Part shown: piece after piece, positions 39,611 to 49,520 of the stretch
How the letters are laid out: each line of letters opens with the position of its first letter
Numbering within the stretch: position 1 is the stretch's first letter
Assembly: GCA_964427615.1 (NCBI GenBank)
Contig: CAYRUR010000003.1
Span: 44,062-108,061, forward strand
DNA: 64,000 nucleotides
Direction of reading: 5' to 3'
Source of the DNA: an uncultured Gammaproteobacteria bacterium
Lineage (GTDB): Bacteria > Patescibacteriota > Microgenomatia > Levybacterales > GWA1-39-11
The notes under the pieces: generated by a model
What the model was told of the DNA's origin: nothing
Databases searched by the model: none
The model's input: only the letters and a program-made list of their open reading frames with translations
Translations under genes and position numbers: made by a program

Positions 39611-40636
39611 TTGTATAATAAAATTATGAATAATCCTTTGGAATGGGATGAAGCTGATTTGCTAAAATTAATAGAATTCAAAATTCAGGAGAGTTTAGAG
39701 TTAGATTATAAAGCATGTGGCGCTCTAGATAAACTGAATAATGGGAAAAAGAACATTGTTAAAGAAATAAGCAAAGATGTTTCTGCTTTTGCTAATTCAG
39801 CAGGTGGAGTAATTGTGTATGGTATTCTGGAAAAAGATAACTTACCCATTGATTTAGATATTGGTTTTGACCCTAAAATTATTTCAAGAGAATGGCTAGA
39901 GCAAGTTATAAACTCAAATATTCAAAGAAGAATAAGTGGAGTAAGGATTAATCAAATTGAACTAAGTGGAGAAAGAAAAGGTAGAGTTGCCTACGTAGTA
40001 TCGATTCCACAAAGCATACATGCACCACATCAGGCTGCAGATAAAATATTTTACAAAAGATTTAATTATCTATCTGTTGCAATGGAAGAGTATGAAATAA
40101 GGGACATATCTAGAAGGAATAGTTCTCCTGATCTCGAATTGGACGTTTTGTTGTATGGAAATGGAGATTTAGCAAAAGATACAAATGGTCATCCATTCAT
40201 TGAACTTCAAGGTCTTATAACAAACCTATCTCAAACTGCTGCTGAGTATGCTGTTATCTCTATATTTATAGATGATAGGTTAGAAATTAAAGAAACAGGA
40301 GGTATGAAGGATTATCCTACCTTCATGCCATTTGGTAATAATAAAACTCTATATGTAAACAGACTAGAGCTAGAATGGTACATACCACAAAAGATGCCAA
40401 TATTTAACGGCCACTCATATCACGTCACAGAAGATAGAAAGTTTATAAAGTTGAATTTACCAGCAAATGCATTTGAAATGAACGAAAAATTTCTACTTGC
40501 TTCCAACATAAAGGCTCCAGGTATGACCGAAAGATACAAAAAATATATTATTCAAATAAGCAAAGGTGTAGCTGAAATAAAAGAAGTCGAGGATATCAGC
40601 GAATATTTTTCAATTAAAAACTTACACTTAACCTAA
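39611..40636 (+). CDS. AlbA_2 (Schlafen-like, divergent AAA/ATP-binding) domain protein
   Basis: N-terminal E...LELDYK ... AFANSAGGVIVYGI pattern characteristic of Pfam AlbA_2; 341 aa. Confidence 0.45.
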   Translation: MYNKIMNNPLEWDEADLLKLIEFKIQESLELDYKACGALDKLNNGKKNIVKEISKDVSAFANSAGGVIVYGILEKDNLPIDLDIGFDPKIISREWLEQVINSNIQRRISGVRINQIELSGERKGRVAYVVSIPQSIHAPHQAADKIFYKRFNYLSVAMEEYEIRDISRRNSSPDLELDVLLYGNGDLAKDTNGHPFIELQGLITNLSQTAAEYAVISIFIDDRLEIKETGGMKDYPTFMPFGNNKTLYVNRLELEWYIPQKMPIFNGHSYHVTEDRKFIKLNLPANAFEMNEKFLLASNIKAPGMTERYKKYIIQISKGVAEIKEVEDISEYFSIKNLHLT

Positions 40637-40761
40637 TTAGGTTAATTATCGAATCTCCATTTGAGGTAGTCTACCGAATGATGTTCAAACTTGCTTTAGT
40701 AGATAAAGATTGCATATAAGACATTCAACAAATTGAAACAGCAATGGAATAAATACGAAAC

Positions 40762-41322
40762 TTATACCGTCGTTTGTGTCGGGTCGAGGAGTACCCAATT
40801 ATTCGATACAGAAGGTTCGCTACAGAGATTGCGATTAAAACAACATGGCCTTCTCATTCCTTTGTTGAGTTTGGATAGTGCAACTTCAATATGCTTTTGG
40901 CGTGTTTCCGGAGTTTTGACAGCTCGTATCCAGCGAATCCAATCCCAACGTGCCATAGGAGTTATATCCAACCAAAGCGCTTGTGCCTTTGGGTGAGCAG
41001 CCAAGGCTTTTTGTAAATCATCAGGCACCTCAGGTTCTATCCATTCTTTCGTCGGTTCTAGCTCTACAGTAATCGTGTCGCCCACATCAGCATGAGCGTT
41101 ATCAAGCAACTTTTCATCAGGTCTGAACCAGTGACTCGATTTTTTCCCTGGTGCATACCTCCCATCCGGCTCAAGCAAGGCTTTAAAAGAAGCGCCATTG
41201 ATAGTTCCCTTAACCATTGTCATTCCTCGTGAGGGGAGTTTTGCACTCACTTCTGGAGGAAGCCTAAGAATGGTCCAAGAGCCGATTTTAAAAAGTTTTG
41301 TTTTAAAATGGATTTTTGACAT
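40762..41322 (-). CDS. DUF1905 + YdeI/OmpD-associated family protein; noticeably GC-richer than surroundings
   Basis: KLFKIGSW..LRLP...GDTITVEL (DUF1905) and AHPKAQALWLDITPMARWDWIRWI...PETRQKHIE (YdeI-like). Confidence 0.5.
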   Translation of the reverse strand: MSKIHFKTKLFKIGSWTILRLPPEVSAKLPSRGMTMVKGTINGASFKALLEPDGRYAPGKKSSHWFRPDEKLLDNAHADVGDTITVELEPTKEWIEPEVPDDLQKALAAHPKAQALWLDITPMARWDWIRWIRAVKTPETRQKHIEVALSKLNKGMRRPCCFNRNLCSEPSVSNNWVLLDPTQTTV

Positions 41323-41450
41323 ATCTCCTTGCTCCTTGATTGCTCTTATGGTATTTATTATACCAAGTCTTCACTTTTTGCTCGAAGACGACTATTTAAG
41401 ATTCTACATATGAAGAGATTATGACAAAGGTTGGAATTTGACCCCTTTTT

Positions 41451-42083
41451 TTACAACGAAGAACGAAATCCAATTAACACAAGAAAAATCACTGCTATTG
41501 CTGGAGTTAGCAACATTAGCAGAATATTAATTCCTAAGTTAGAAATAAGACTCCATGCAATGTCATCTCTCTTAAGCTTAAATAAAGATAATACAATTAT
41601 TAGGAAGACATTCCCCACTATCCAGATTAAATAACCGTACTTTAAAGATGTTAGATTTAAAAAGTGGGCTGCAATAATCTCAAGTGGGTTGTAGAAAATT
41701 GTACTCAGCTCACCTGAAAAAAGGATCCAAACAAGAAATAGTGTGCTGGTAACTAAGTAAGCTAGCAATAAGTTAGGAACAATACTCAATGCACTGTTCT
41801 CTCTCTTAAGTTTAAATAAAGATAATACAATTGTTAGAAAAATATTTCCCACCATCCAGCTTAGATAACCGTACTTAAAGGTCATTAGAATGAAAAAGTA
41901 GGCTACAATAATCATAAGTGGATCGTAGTTACCCAGATTACTCAGTTTATCCCGATCACCTGAAGAAAGCGTCCAGACAAAAGACATCCAGACAAGAGGT
42001 AGCGTGTTGGTAACTAAGTAAGCTAGCACCCCAAATTTAATATGTTTTAATATTCTTCTCACAGAATGTACATTATTATACAC
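41451..42083 (-). CDS. hypothetical membrane protein built from an internal tandem duplication (~80-aa 2-TM unit x2)
   Basis: Repeat units AYLVTNTLPLVW...KYGYLSWMVGNIFLTIVLSLFKLKRE and AYLVTSTLFLVW...KYGYLIWIVGNVFLIIVLSLFKLKRD; nucleotide-level duplication visible (~41556-42020). Confidence 0.4.
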   Translation of the reverse strand: MYNNVHSVRRILKHIKFGVLAYLVTNTLPLVWMSFVWTLSSGDRDKLSNLGNYDPLMIIVAYFFILMTFKYGYLSWMVGNIFLTIVLSLFKLKRENSALSIVPNLLLAYLVTSTLFLVWILFSGELSTIFYNPLEIIAAHFLNLTSLKYGYLIWIVGNVFLIIVLSLFKLKRDDIAWSLISNLGINILLMLLTPAIAVIFLVLIGFRSSL

Positions 42084-42138
42084 AAAATAGGGTAGATCAA
42101 GCTAAACTGGATTTTTACGGACTCAAAATGTAATTGTG

Positions 42139-42211
42139 GGTGGCTGACGGGATTCGAACCCGCGGCCGCCGGTACCACAAACCGGTGCTCTACCGCTGAG
42201 CTACAGCCACC
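42139..42211 (-). tRNA. tRNA-His (anticodon GTG) with encoded G-1
   Basis: Reverse complement folds as cloverleaf: G-1, acceptor GTGGCTG/CAGCCAC, anticodon loop uuGUGgu, T-arm GCGGG-ttcgaat-CCCGT. Confidence 0.7.
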
Positions 42212-42264
42212 ATGCAGATCTCATGTATTATACAAAAAATGAGGGTGAATTACTACAAATGGGG

Positions 42265-42942
42265 TTAGCCAACAATTTCTCCTTCTATGTATCCTCTTTC
42301 TTTTTTATCTTTCATAGCCCTTGCATACAGTACTCCGACTACAAAGCCTGCTATATGTGCCCAGAAAGCAATTCCTCCTTCTTCTCCCATTCCCATCTGT
42401 AGTGAAAATGCACCTGAGATAAGTTGGATAAAAAACCAGTAAAAAAGATATAAAACTGCCGGAATCTCTACAATAGTAATAAAGAAAAAGATAATTAAAA
42501 GCGTCTTTATGCGCGAGTGAGGAAAAAGTATATAGTAAGCTCCCAATACTCCTGAAACAGCACCAGATGCACCCAGCATTGGAATAGGGGAGTCTGTCAT
42601 CAGAAAAAACTGGGTAAGATTACCAATAATGCCTGCAACCAGAAAGAATAATAAAAAGCGAATTTTACCAAAATAATCCTCTACATCATCTCCAAAAATC
42701 CATAAAAACCACATATTAGATATGATATGCAAAATAGAACCATGCAAAAACATGGCTGTAACAAATGGAATAAGAGATGAAAAGTCAGCAAAATTTACTT
42801 TCTGAGGGGTAAGCGCATATTGCAGCGTGAATGTCTCAGGAGACGTAATTTGAAAGTAATACAGTACTGCATTGATTATGATAAAAAAGATAGTAAGAAT
42901 GGGAAATGAACGTGATTTTACAGAATCAGAAATCGGGAACAT
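42265..42942 (-). CDS. rhomboid family intramembrane serine protease
   Basis: GASGAVSGVLGAYY (GxSG catalytic Ser) and AHIAGFVVG (catalytic His) in TM helices; 6 TM. Confidence 0.75.
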   Translation of the reverse strand: MFPISDSVKSRSFPILTIFFIIINAVLYYFQITSPETFTLQYALTPQKVNFADFSSLIPFVTAMFLHGSILHIISNMWFLWIFGDDVEDYFGKIRFLLFFLVAGIIGNLTQFFLMTDSPIPMLGASGAVSGVLGAYYILFPHSRIKTLLIIFFFITIVEIPAVLYLFYWFFIQLISGAFSLQMGMGEEGGIAFWAHIAGFVVGVLYARAMKDKKERGYIEGEIVG

Positions 42943-43101
42943 ATTTTATTTAGCAATTGTATCAGTGAAGAGAAAAATTGGCAATTTATTAGGGTAATAG
43001 ATACGTAAGAATGCGCTTTATTATTCAAACTAAACGTAAACTATAACTGGTAAAATAAGGCTTTAAATTATATCTGGCGAAGCCAGGTGCAGACTTGTAC
43101 C

Positions 43102-43177
43102 TGGCGCCCCTGGAGGGAATCGAACCCCCAACCTTTTCCTTAGAAGGGAACTGCTCTGTCCGTTGAGCTACAGAGGC
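43102..43177 (-). tRNA. tRNA-Arg (anticodon TCT), CCA encoded
   Basis: Reverse complement: acceptor GCCTCTG/CAGGGGC (one U-G), D GCTC-aacggaca-GAGC, anticodon stem TTCC/GGAA loop cTTCTaa, T-arm GGGGG-ttcgatt-CCCTC, then GCCA. Confidence 0.65.
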
Positions 43178-43214
43178 GAATGTACGGAGATAGGATATAC
43201 CAAAAATATAACCT

Positions 43215-43457
43215 ATGTCAAGCTCAACGGATTATAACAATAAGCAAAACAGAAAACAACCCATAGCATGGGGAGACCTATCAAAAGAACAGCAAAACAT
43301 CATTATTGATCTTCTTTCCTTGGTTAAGATTATTAACAAATTCGCTGCTACCTCTGACTTTGCAGAGAAGTTTTCTACTCATTCACAAACAATAGAATAT
43401 CAGGCCAGAAAAAGAATAAATGCCTACGAAAAGGCTAGAAAGGAAACGATTAAATAA
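43215..43457 (+). CDS. hypothetical protein (first ORF of phage-derived region)
   Basis: 80-aa ORF. Confidence 0.3.
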   Translation: MSSSTDYNNKQNRKQPIAWGDLSKEQQNIIIDLLSLVKIINKFAATSDFAEKFSTHSQTIEYQARKRINAYEKARKETIK

Positions 43458-43458
43458 T

Positions 43459-44106
43459 ATGAAGCCTAAGTACATGAGAAGTATAGGTGGTAGTAGGGAA
43501 AGATTCGTAGAGTTTATGCTCGATACTCCATACCCATTAATCATATTCTTTTTCCTAGCTCTTATAGCTGCAGCTATCGTAAGAGGCATTACCTTACATG
43601 AAGAGGGACTAGTAAAGAGTGCAGAAGCACAAGAGTTGCTAAGTCCTATTCCAACACCAACCATAACACCAACTCCTACTGCAACGCCTACACCTACAGA
43701 AGAACCTAAGAATGAGAGGGTTCAAAAGTTGAAGAGCTTTTTGATAGAGCAAAAATCACCTCTTGCTCCTTATGCAGAACTGATTGTAGAGCAAGCAGAT
43801 AAATATGACATCTCATGGACATTAGCAACATCCATCTCTGGTAAGGAGTCATCTTTCGGTAAAGAGATTAAACCAGGATCTTACAACGCATGGGGAGTGA
43901 TGGCATGGGACGCAAACGGTAAGAGATATATTAGAAGCTTTAACTCATGGGAAGAAGGAATTATTTTTGAAACTAAGCTTATCTCTAAACATTATAGAGA
44001 GAACATGAACAAGGCTATACAAGAAAAATACTGCCCTAGCTTTGAATGCTCACCAACATGGGTACAGACCGTAACAGAATTTCAGGAGGCTATCAACAAT
44101 GAATAA
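43459..44106 (+). CDS. membrane-anchored peptidoglycan hydrolase-like protein (glucosaminidase/FlgJ-type domain) with PT-rich linker; frame opens at 43420
   Basis: TM helix, (PT)n linker, then ...DISWTLATSISGKESSFGKE...NAWGVMAWD...FNSWEEGI resembling Pfam Glucosaminidase. Confidence 0.4.
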   Translation: MKPKYMRSIGGSRERFVEFMLDTPYPLIIFFFLALIAAAIVRGITLHEEGLVKSAEAQELLSPIPTPTITPTPTATPTPTEEPKNERVQKLKSFLIEQKSPLAPYAELIVEQADKYDISWTLATSISGKESSFGKEIKPGSYNAWGVMAWDANGKRYIRSFNSWEEGIIFETKLISKHYRENMNKAIQEKYCPSFECSPTWVQTVTEFQEAINNE

Positions 44107-44234
44107 ATTTATAGAAATTACAGAAATAATGAACAGACTTATCGCAAGCACAAAACTAGATTTAATTAAGAGTTGGGTTCTTCTTAATCAAAGTCTAGAA
44201 GTCTTACCAGAAGTAAGGCACGGCTTAGAGGAGG

Positions 44235-44465
44235 ATGCAGAAAATGAATGATAAAGATTTTTACGATACTACATTTTTATACGACACGCTCTATTTATTA
44301 GAGAATCATTTAACTGATTTAACTCAGTGGAGTGTATATAACGAAGACGTATGTGAGGAAGACATTTTAGAGTTGAGAGAAAAATTTGAACAAGTAAAGA
44401 AAATACTCTTTTTAGTAGGAAAAACGCTTGATAGTGATACTGAAATGGAAGGAGAAAATGAATAA
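44235..44465 (+). CDS. hypothetical phage protein
   Basis: 76-aa ORF. Confidence 0.3.
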   Translation: MQKMNDKDFYDTTFLYDTLYLLENHLTDLTQWSVYNEDVCEEDILELREKFEQVKKILFLVGKTLDSDTEMEGENE

Positions 44466-44670
44466 AAAACTTATAACAATCAAACTGATGGACCGTATTA
44501 GTGAGATTTATGACGACCAAAGAATTACTGCTGAGGAGGCACTAGACCTGATGCACATGGTATCGGAGTTATCCCGACTGGCACAGCACAAAGGCATAGA
44601 CGGACTGAACGGCGAGGAAGAAGCCAAACCACTGGCCTCAATTAGTCAGGAAGGGGGAAGGGTTTTATGA
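44428..44670 (+). CDS. hypothetical phage protein
   Basis: 80-aa ORF overlapping neighbours by a few codons. Confidence 0.3.
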   Translation: MIVILKWKEKMNKKLITIKLMDRISEIYDDQRITAEEALDLMHMVSELSRLAQHKGIDGLNGEEEAKPLASISQEGGRVL

Positions 44671-45227
44671 GAGAAATCAAGTTTAGAGCGTGGGATAAAA
44701 AAACAAAACAGATTATTAAATATGTTACTCCGATAAATAATGAGTGGTGTATCACCTTTGTTAATAGATTTGGGATGACCGATACTTTTGACGGGGACTT
44801 GGAGTATATGCAATACACCGGCCTCAAGGACAAGAATGGGAAAGAGATATATGAAGGGGATATTGTGCGAGTCAAGCACGGTATCGGAGACGATGGAGAG
44901 GACTACTACTCAGAGGGATACTATCAGGTTTTTATAAGTAGCCTTTACGGGATCGAGTTGCGTTTTAAGCGGTTGATCAATAAGGATAAGCGAAATCAGT
45001 ACCCTATCTACACCACTCTCAGCTCTTATTACAACTCATTGGGTATTGATTATATGAGTCAATCCTTTGATCAGTTGGCAGTTTTGGGTACGTGGGGGGA
45101 GAACCATATTTCAGGCAATAGATGGAAGGAGAATCACTATTCAAACGACATTAAGGTCATTGGCAACATCTACGAGAACCCAGAGTTATCTAATAGCACA
45201 GAAGCATACGTAAGAGAAGAAAAATAG
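44667..45227 (+). CDS. YopX family phage protein
   Basis: N-terminus MREIKFRAWDKKTKQ is the YopX hallmark. Confidence 0.6.
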   Translation: MREIKFRAWDKKTKQIIKYVTPINNEWCITFVNRFGMTDTFDGDLEYMQYTGLKDKNGKEIYEGDIVRVKHGIGDDGEDYYSEGYYQVFISSLYGIELRFKRLINKDKRNQYPIYTTLSSYYNSLGIDYMSQSFDQLAVLGTWGENHISGNRWKENHYSNDIKVIGNIYENPELSNSTEAYVREEK

Positions 45228-45283
45228 TATGGACAATTATCAGAATTATCGCAATTTAGGAGAATACGACAACATCGACACTG

Positions 45284-46195
45284 ATGAGTGTGAAGATGAA
45301 GGAGAAGATCATGAGTAACTTATCAATTACACAATACGTAAACAACGACATTATCTTGAAAAACATTCAAGATGTTTTAAAAGACAGAACACCACAGTTT
45401 ATAACCTCTGTTGTGTCTTTAGTAAACAGCAGTGATGCATTAAAAGAGGCTGATAAAAAATCAGTACTAGGTGCATGTTTAACTGCAGCATCTTTGAATT
45501 TGCCAATTAACCAAAATCTGGGCTATGCCTATATCATTCCTTACAAAGATAACAAAAAAGGCGTAACAGTAGCTCAATTCCAGATGGGCTACAAAGGGTA
45601 TATCCAGCTCGCTATGAGAAGCGGACAATTTCAAACACTGAATGTTACAGACGTAAGAGAAGGAGAACTTAAAGAAGTAGATAGATTATCAGGGGAAATG
45701 AAATTTGAATGGGCTACTGAGAAAAGAGATTCACTTCCTGTTGTTGGGTATGTTGGCTACTTCAGACTTATAAACGGATTTGAGAAAAAGCTATATATGA
45801 CATCTGAGGAATTAAAAAAGCATGGTGTTAGATTCTCAAGCTCATATAAGAGGGGTTACGGACTCTGGAAAGATGACTTTGATGCAATGGCTAAAAAGAC
45901 GGTTATCAAGCTTCTGTTATCGAAATACGCTCCCATGAATACAGAGATGACTCAAGCTCAGGAAGCAGATCAAGCTTTAGTAACTGATAACGGATATGAG
46001 TATATCGATAACCAGAAACTTACTCCTGAAGAAGAAGCAGATATCAAAGAAAAGGAAAGAATAAAGAAGTTTATAACAGAAGCAAAAACACTTAAAAATC
46101 TAGAAGCTTGCAACACTGCTGTATATGACTCAACAGACCAAGAATTAATTGACATGTATGAAGCAAGAGTGAAGGAATTGGAGGGTAAAAAATAA
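45284..46195 (+). CDS. recT: RecT-family single-strand annealing protein (phage recombinase)
   Basis: ...SVLGACLTAASLNLPIN...GYAYIIPYKD...AQFQMGYKGYIQLAMRSGQF matches RecT family core. Confidence 0.7.
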   Translation: MSVKMKEKIMSNLSITQYVNNDIILKNIQDVLKDRTPQFITSVVSLVNSSDALKEADKKSVLGACLTAASLNLPINQNLGYAYIIPYKDNKKGVTVAQFQMGYKGYIQLAMRSGQFQTLNVTDVREGELKEVDRLSGEMKFEWATEKRDSLPVVGYVGYFRLINGFEKKLYMTSEELKKHGVRFSSSYKRGYGLWKDDFDAMAKKTVIKLLLSKYAPMNTEMTQAQEADQALVTDNGYEYIDNQKLTPEEEADIKEKERIKKFITEAKTLKNLEACNTAVYDSTDQELIDMYEARVKELEGKK

Positions 46196-46258
46196 TGGAC
46201 CACGATAGGTACTTAGAAATTGAGGCAGAAAGATTTACAGGAGAATATTACGACTTAG

Positions 46259-46489
46259 GTGATGAGGAGGAAGAAAATAATGAATAACTACTATTTTACA
46301 TTTGGACAAGTACATACACATTCTGTAAACGGAAAAACATTTGATAAGGACTGCGTGGTTTCAATAAAAGCTGGTTCTAGTGACTCAGCTCGTAGAAAAA
46401 TGTTTGATACGTTTGGACAGAAATGGGCTTCTCAATATGAAACTCAACCAGATATGAGATTTTACCCAGGAGGAATAATAACACTATGA
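46259..46489 (+). CDS. hypothetical phage protein
   Basis: 76-aa ORF between recT and exonuclease genes. Confidence 0.3.
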   Translation: MMRRKKIMNNYYFTFGQVHTHSVNGKTFDKDCVVSIKAGSSDSARRKMFDTFGQKWASQYETQPDMRFYPGGIITL

Positions 46490-47175
46490 ACACAATAGAC
46501 TTTACAAATTACAAATTCAGATCAAGCTCTTTACCTAACTTAATGGTTAAATCTCGCAGTAAATCAGATCCTTTATCTGAGACTACTAAAGCATATCTTA
46601 GAGAACTATGGATTAAAGAAATGTTTAAGCGTGAGAAGTACGACACAAAAAACAAGTTTACCGATAAAGGCATTGCTTGTGAGTCAGATAGTCTTGATTT
46701 AGTACAAATCGTTACTAAACAGACTTACTTTAAAAACAGAAAGGAACTATCAAATGATTTCATTACTGGCACACCTGATGTTATTTTAGAAGACTCAATT
46801 ATCGATATTAAAACTTCTTGGGATATCTGGACATATGGTAGCACCACAGAGGACAGCGCTAGAAAGACATACTACTATCAACTCTTAGGGTACATGTGGC
46901 TTACCAATACTAAAAAAGCAAGCCTTATGTACTGCCTAGTAAACACGCCAGAGGATATCATGAATGATGAGTTATATCGCTTGAGTTTTAGATATCCAGA
47001 AATTAATGAAAGTGATGAAAAGGCCAATAAGTACAAAAGAAACTATATCTTTGATGATATAGATCACACTCTGAGACTTAAAAAATATGACTTTGAATTT
47101 GTAGAAGAAGATATCAACGAATTGCAAAACAAAATTGTACTTGCCCGTGAGTACATGAATGGTTTGAGTTTGTAG
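46486..47175 (+). CDS. YqaJ-like PD-(D/E)XK recombination exonuclease (partner of RecT)
   Basis: FITGTPDVILEDSIIDIKTS = D...E.K nuclease motif; position immediately after recT. Confidence 0.55.
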   Translation: MNTIDFTNYKFRSSSLPNLMVKSRSKSDPLSETTKAYLRELWIKEMFKREKYDTKNKFTDKGIACESDSLDLVQIVTKQTYFKNRKELSNDFITGTPDVILEDSIIDIKTSWDIWTYGSTTEDSARKTYYYQLLGYMWLTNTKKASLMYCLVNTPEDIMNDELYRLSFRYPEINESDEKANKYKRNYIFDDIDHTLRLKKYDFEFVEEDINELQNKIVLAREYMNGLSL

Positions 47176-47214
47176 ATTTATAAAAACTGTCCTAGCTTTT
47201 TTGGGAAGCTAAAT

Positions 47215-47484
47215 ATGAATAACTTGCCGCCACTCAGAGGTAAACAAAAAGTAATTTACCGTCTCATTCAAGAGGCGGGAGAAAAGGGAATTAACGCTAA
47301 TGACCTTAGACGTACTACCTATACTGTAGACGTGCCTAAAGTTGTATCAGAGTTAAACAAGAAAGGGTACAGCATTTTCTCTAAAAGAGAGAAAGACGGC
47401 ACAGCAACTTATTCACTTACCACACTTCCACAGAAGCCTAGAACGTATATTTTTGAAGGTAATAGGGCTATACCTATTTATTAA
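47215..47484 (+). CDS. hypothetical small phage protein (possible DNA-binding)
   Basis: 89-aa basic ORF. Confidence 0.3.
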   Translation: MNNLPPLRGKQKVIYRLIQEAGEKGINANDLRRTTYTVDVPKVVSELNKKGYSIFSKREKDGTATYSLTTLPQKPRTYIFEGNRAIPIY

Positions 47485-47486
47485 AT

Positions 47487-48356
47487 ATGAAATGGTTTAA
47501 ACACGAAGCAGACGCTTCACAAAATAAAAAGGTCAGAAAGTTGAAGAGAATGTACGGGGCTGAAGGCTATGCAGTATATTTTCAAATCGCTGAGTTTATA
47601 GCAGAAGACATTGAAAAAGACAATGTTAATGATTGGGGATTCTTACCTCATGAGTATGACGATATGGAATTCTTAGCAGATGAAGTAGGTATAGAAGATG
47701 TGGAGAAATTAAAAGAAATTATAGAGTTCTGCTGCAGCAATCCAGTGAATTTATTTGAGAAAAGAGAGGGAAGAATTTATTGTGAAAGAGTATTAGAACA
47801 GGCAGATGAATATACTCAGAAATTAATTAAACAAGCGAAAGGTAATTTAGGTGAAAAATCGGGAGAAAGTGAGGCTAAAGAAGAGACTGAATCAGAAGTG
47901 AATCGGGATAGTATCGGGAGTAAATCGGGAGACAATCAAGAGTCAGTCGGGCATAAGAAGAAGAAAGAGAAAGAGAATCAGAATGAGAAAAAGAAAGAGA
48001 ATGAAAAAGAAGAAAAGGATTTAAAAAAATCCATTGCTTATTTGTCTAGTTTTCCTTTAGAAGATTTTGCAGAGATTGATATTACGGAAAAACAACTGAG
48101 ATTAGAGGCTCAAAAAGCGCTCAACTGGCTCAAGTCAGAAGGCAAAAGAAAGAAAGATTATCAAGCATTTTTTGTTAATTGGATTCTAAGAAACTACAAA
48201 ATGAAGTCAGAGGTAGTACTTTTCCCTGAGCATAAAAAAGTTCCACCAGAACAGCGAGTCTCAAACGAAAAAATGCAACAGCTCAGGCAACAGTTAACAG
48301 GAATCGCAAAATCTAAGTCAGTCAATGGAGAGGAGGTGAAAAACAATGGAGGATAA
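47487..48356 (+). CDS. Lin1244/Lin1753-like (DUF4373) N-terminal domain protein, phage replication initiation/organiser-type; K/E-rich low-complexity middle
   Basis: N-terminus MKWFKHEADASQNKKVRKLKRMYGAEGYAVYFQIAEFIAE matches DUF4373. Confidence 0.55.
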   Translation: MKWFKHEADASQNKKVRKLKRMYGAEGYAVYFQIAEFIAEDIEKDNVNDWGFLPHEYDDMEFLADEVGIEDVEKLKEIIEFCCSNPVNLFEKREGRIYCERVLEQADEYTQKLIKQAKGNLGEKSGESEAKEETESEVNRDSIGSKSGDNQESVGHKKKKEKENQNEKKKENEKEEKDLKKSIAYLSSFPLEDFAEIDITEKQLRLEAQKALNWLKSEGKRKKDYQAFFVNWILRNYKMKSEVVLFPEHKKVPPEQRVSNEKMQQLRQQLTGIAKSKSVNGEEVKNNGG

Positions 48357-48515
48357 ACAGATTATACGAGTAGTGGAAGCAGCCCCTGAGTATCAGAAAA
48401 AGATGTCTTGGGGAGGAGTAACCAAAAACGGTTATATCCACTACGAGTTATCTAACGGAGAAAAAGTAACTGCACCGTTACAAAAGAAATAAAGCAGTCT
48501 TAGGCAGACTAGTAA

Positions 48516-48821
48516 ATGAAAGGAGGTGAAAATAAAAATATGAAAAGTAAAAAAACAAGTAAAACAAAAAAAATAGAGAAAGTTGAAGAAAAAGTTCAGA
48601 AAGAAAAACCAGTGAGATTTATTGTTACTGGTGCAAAAACTAAAGACTCTTATTTTAGATACGCTTTTTTTGAACCAGTAAGCGAGACATATGGATTCTC
48701 TACCAAAGAAAAGCTTCTTAAGTGGCTTGAGAATGAATGTTCTAACCCTAGAGAAGTAGAAATCTACTCAGTAGGCGAAAGACTTAGTGTAAAAGGAAAC
48801 TTTGAGTTGGTCTTGAAGTAG
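48516..48821 (+). CDS. hypothetical phage protein
   Basis: ORF only. Confidence 0.3.
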   Translation: MKGGENKNMKSKKTSKTKKIEKVEEKVQKEKPVRFIVTGAKTKDSYFRYAFFEPVSETYGFSTKEKLLKWLENECSNPREVEIYSVGERLSVKGNFELVLK

Positions 48822-48995
48822 ATTATCTCTTGTTCGTTGGCTTGAAGGCGTAGGCAGCTTCAGGCTAACAAAGAATAGATAACAAAAACATATGAATAAA
48901 GAAGATTTAATTGTTTTATTAATTGTAACAGCAGGCTATATAGCCTCAGTGATATTGTTTGGGTACTTTGTGCTGTCGGGAGGGAAATTTTAAAG

Positions 48996-49508
48996 ATGAA
49001 AAGAAAAAATAAAAAAAGTGAATTCGGAAGAGGTTTTATATATTGCTTAACTATGTTTGCTATTCATTTTGAAAACAGTCAAGCAAAGAACATTAGGAAC
49101 AGACATTTCTTAATGACTAAAGAAAACAGGACAGAGTACTTAACTGATTCTCCACCAATTAATAAAGATTATGGATTTAACGAGGATGTTAAGTGGTGGT
49201 ATGAGAAAATCGTTCCCATTTATGGATCATGGGAAAAAGCACTGTCCTCAGATATCGAGACATGGGCAAATGGTGCATCAGACCACCTATACGAAATTGA
49301 AACTCCTAAAAAATGGAGAGGAACAGAAATAGAAAGAAAAGTGCTAGAGTTACAAGATTTTGGGCTAGAGATAGGGCATGGTTTTACTGGAAAGACATAC
49401 ACAATTGATGATTTTAATAAATTAAAGAAGTTAGTTAGTGAGATAACTAAGTTAGTAGATGAAAAATTAGGGGTTGAACAAATAGACGCAATATATGGAG
49501 AGCTTTAA
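48996..49508 (+). CDS. hypothetical phage protein
   Basis: 170-aa ORF. Confidence 0.35.
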   Translation: MKRKNKKSEFGRGFIYCLTMFAIHFENSQAKNIRNRHFLMTKENRTEYLTDSPPINKDYGFNEDVKWWYEKIVPIYGSWEKALSSDIETWANGASDHLYEIETPKKWRGTEIERKVLELQDFGLEIGHGFTGKTYTIDDFNKLKKLVSEITKLVDEKLGVEQIDAIYGEL

Positions 49509-49520
49509 GTTTTACTAGAT

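Noticed and set aside
43102-43177. tRNA-Arg(TCT) as the prophage attB with the phage integrated at its 3' end
   Set aside because: The tRNA 3' end faces away from the phage genes and no repeat of the tRNA 3' segment was found within the window; integration site cannot be assigned from this window alone
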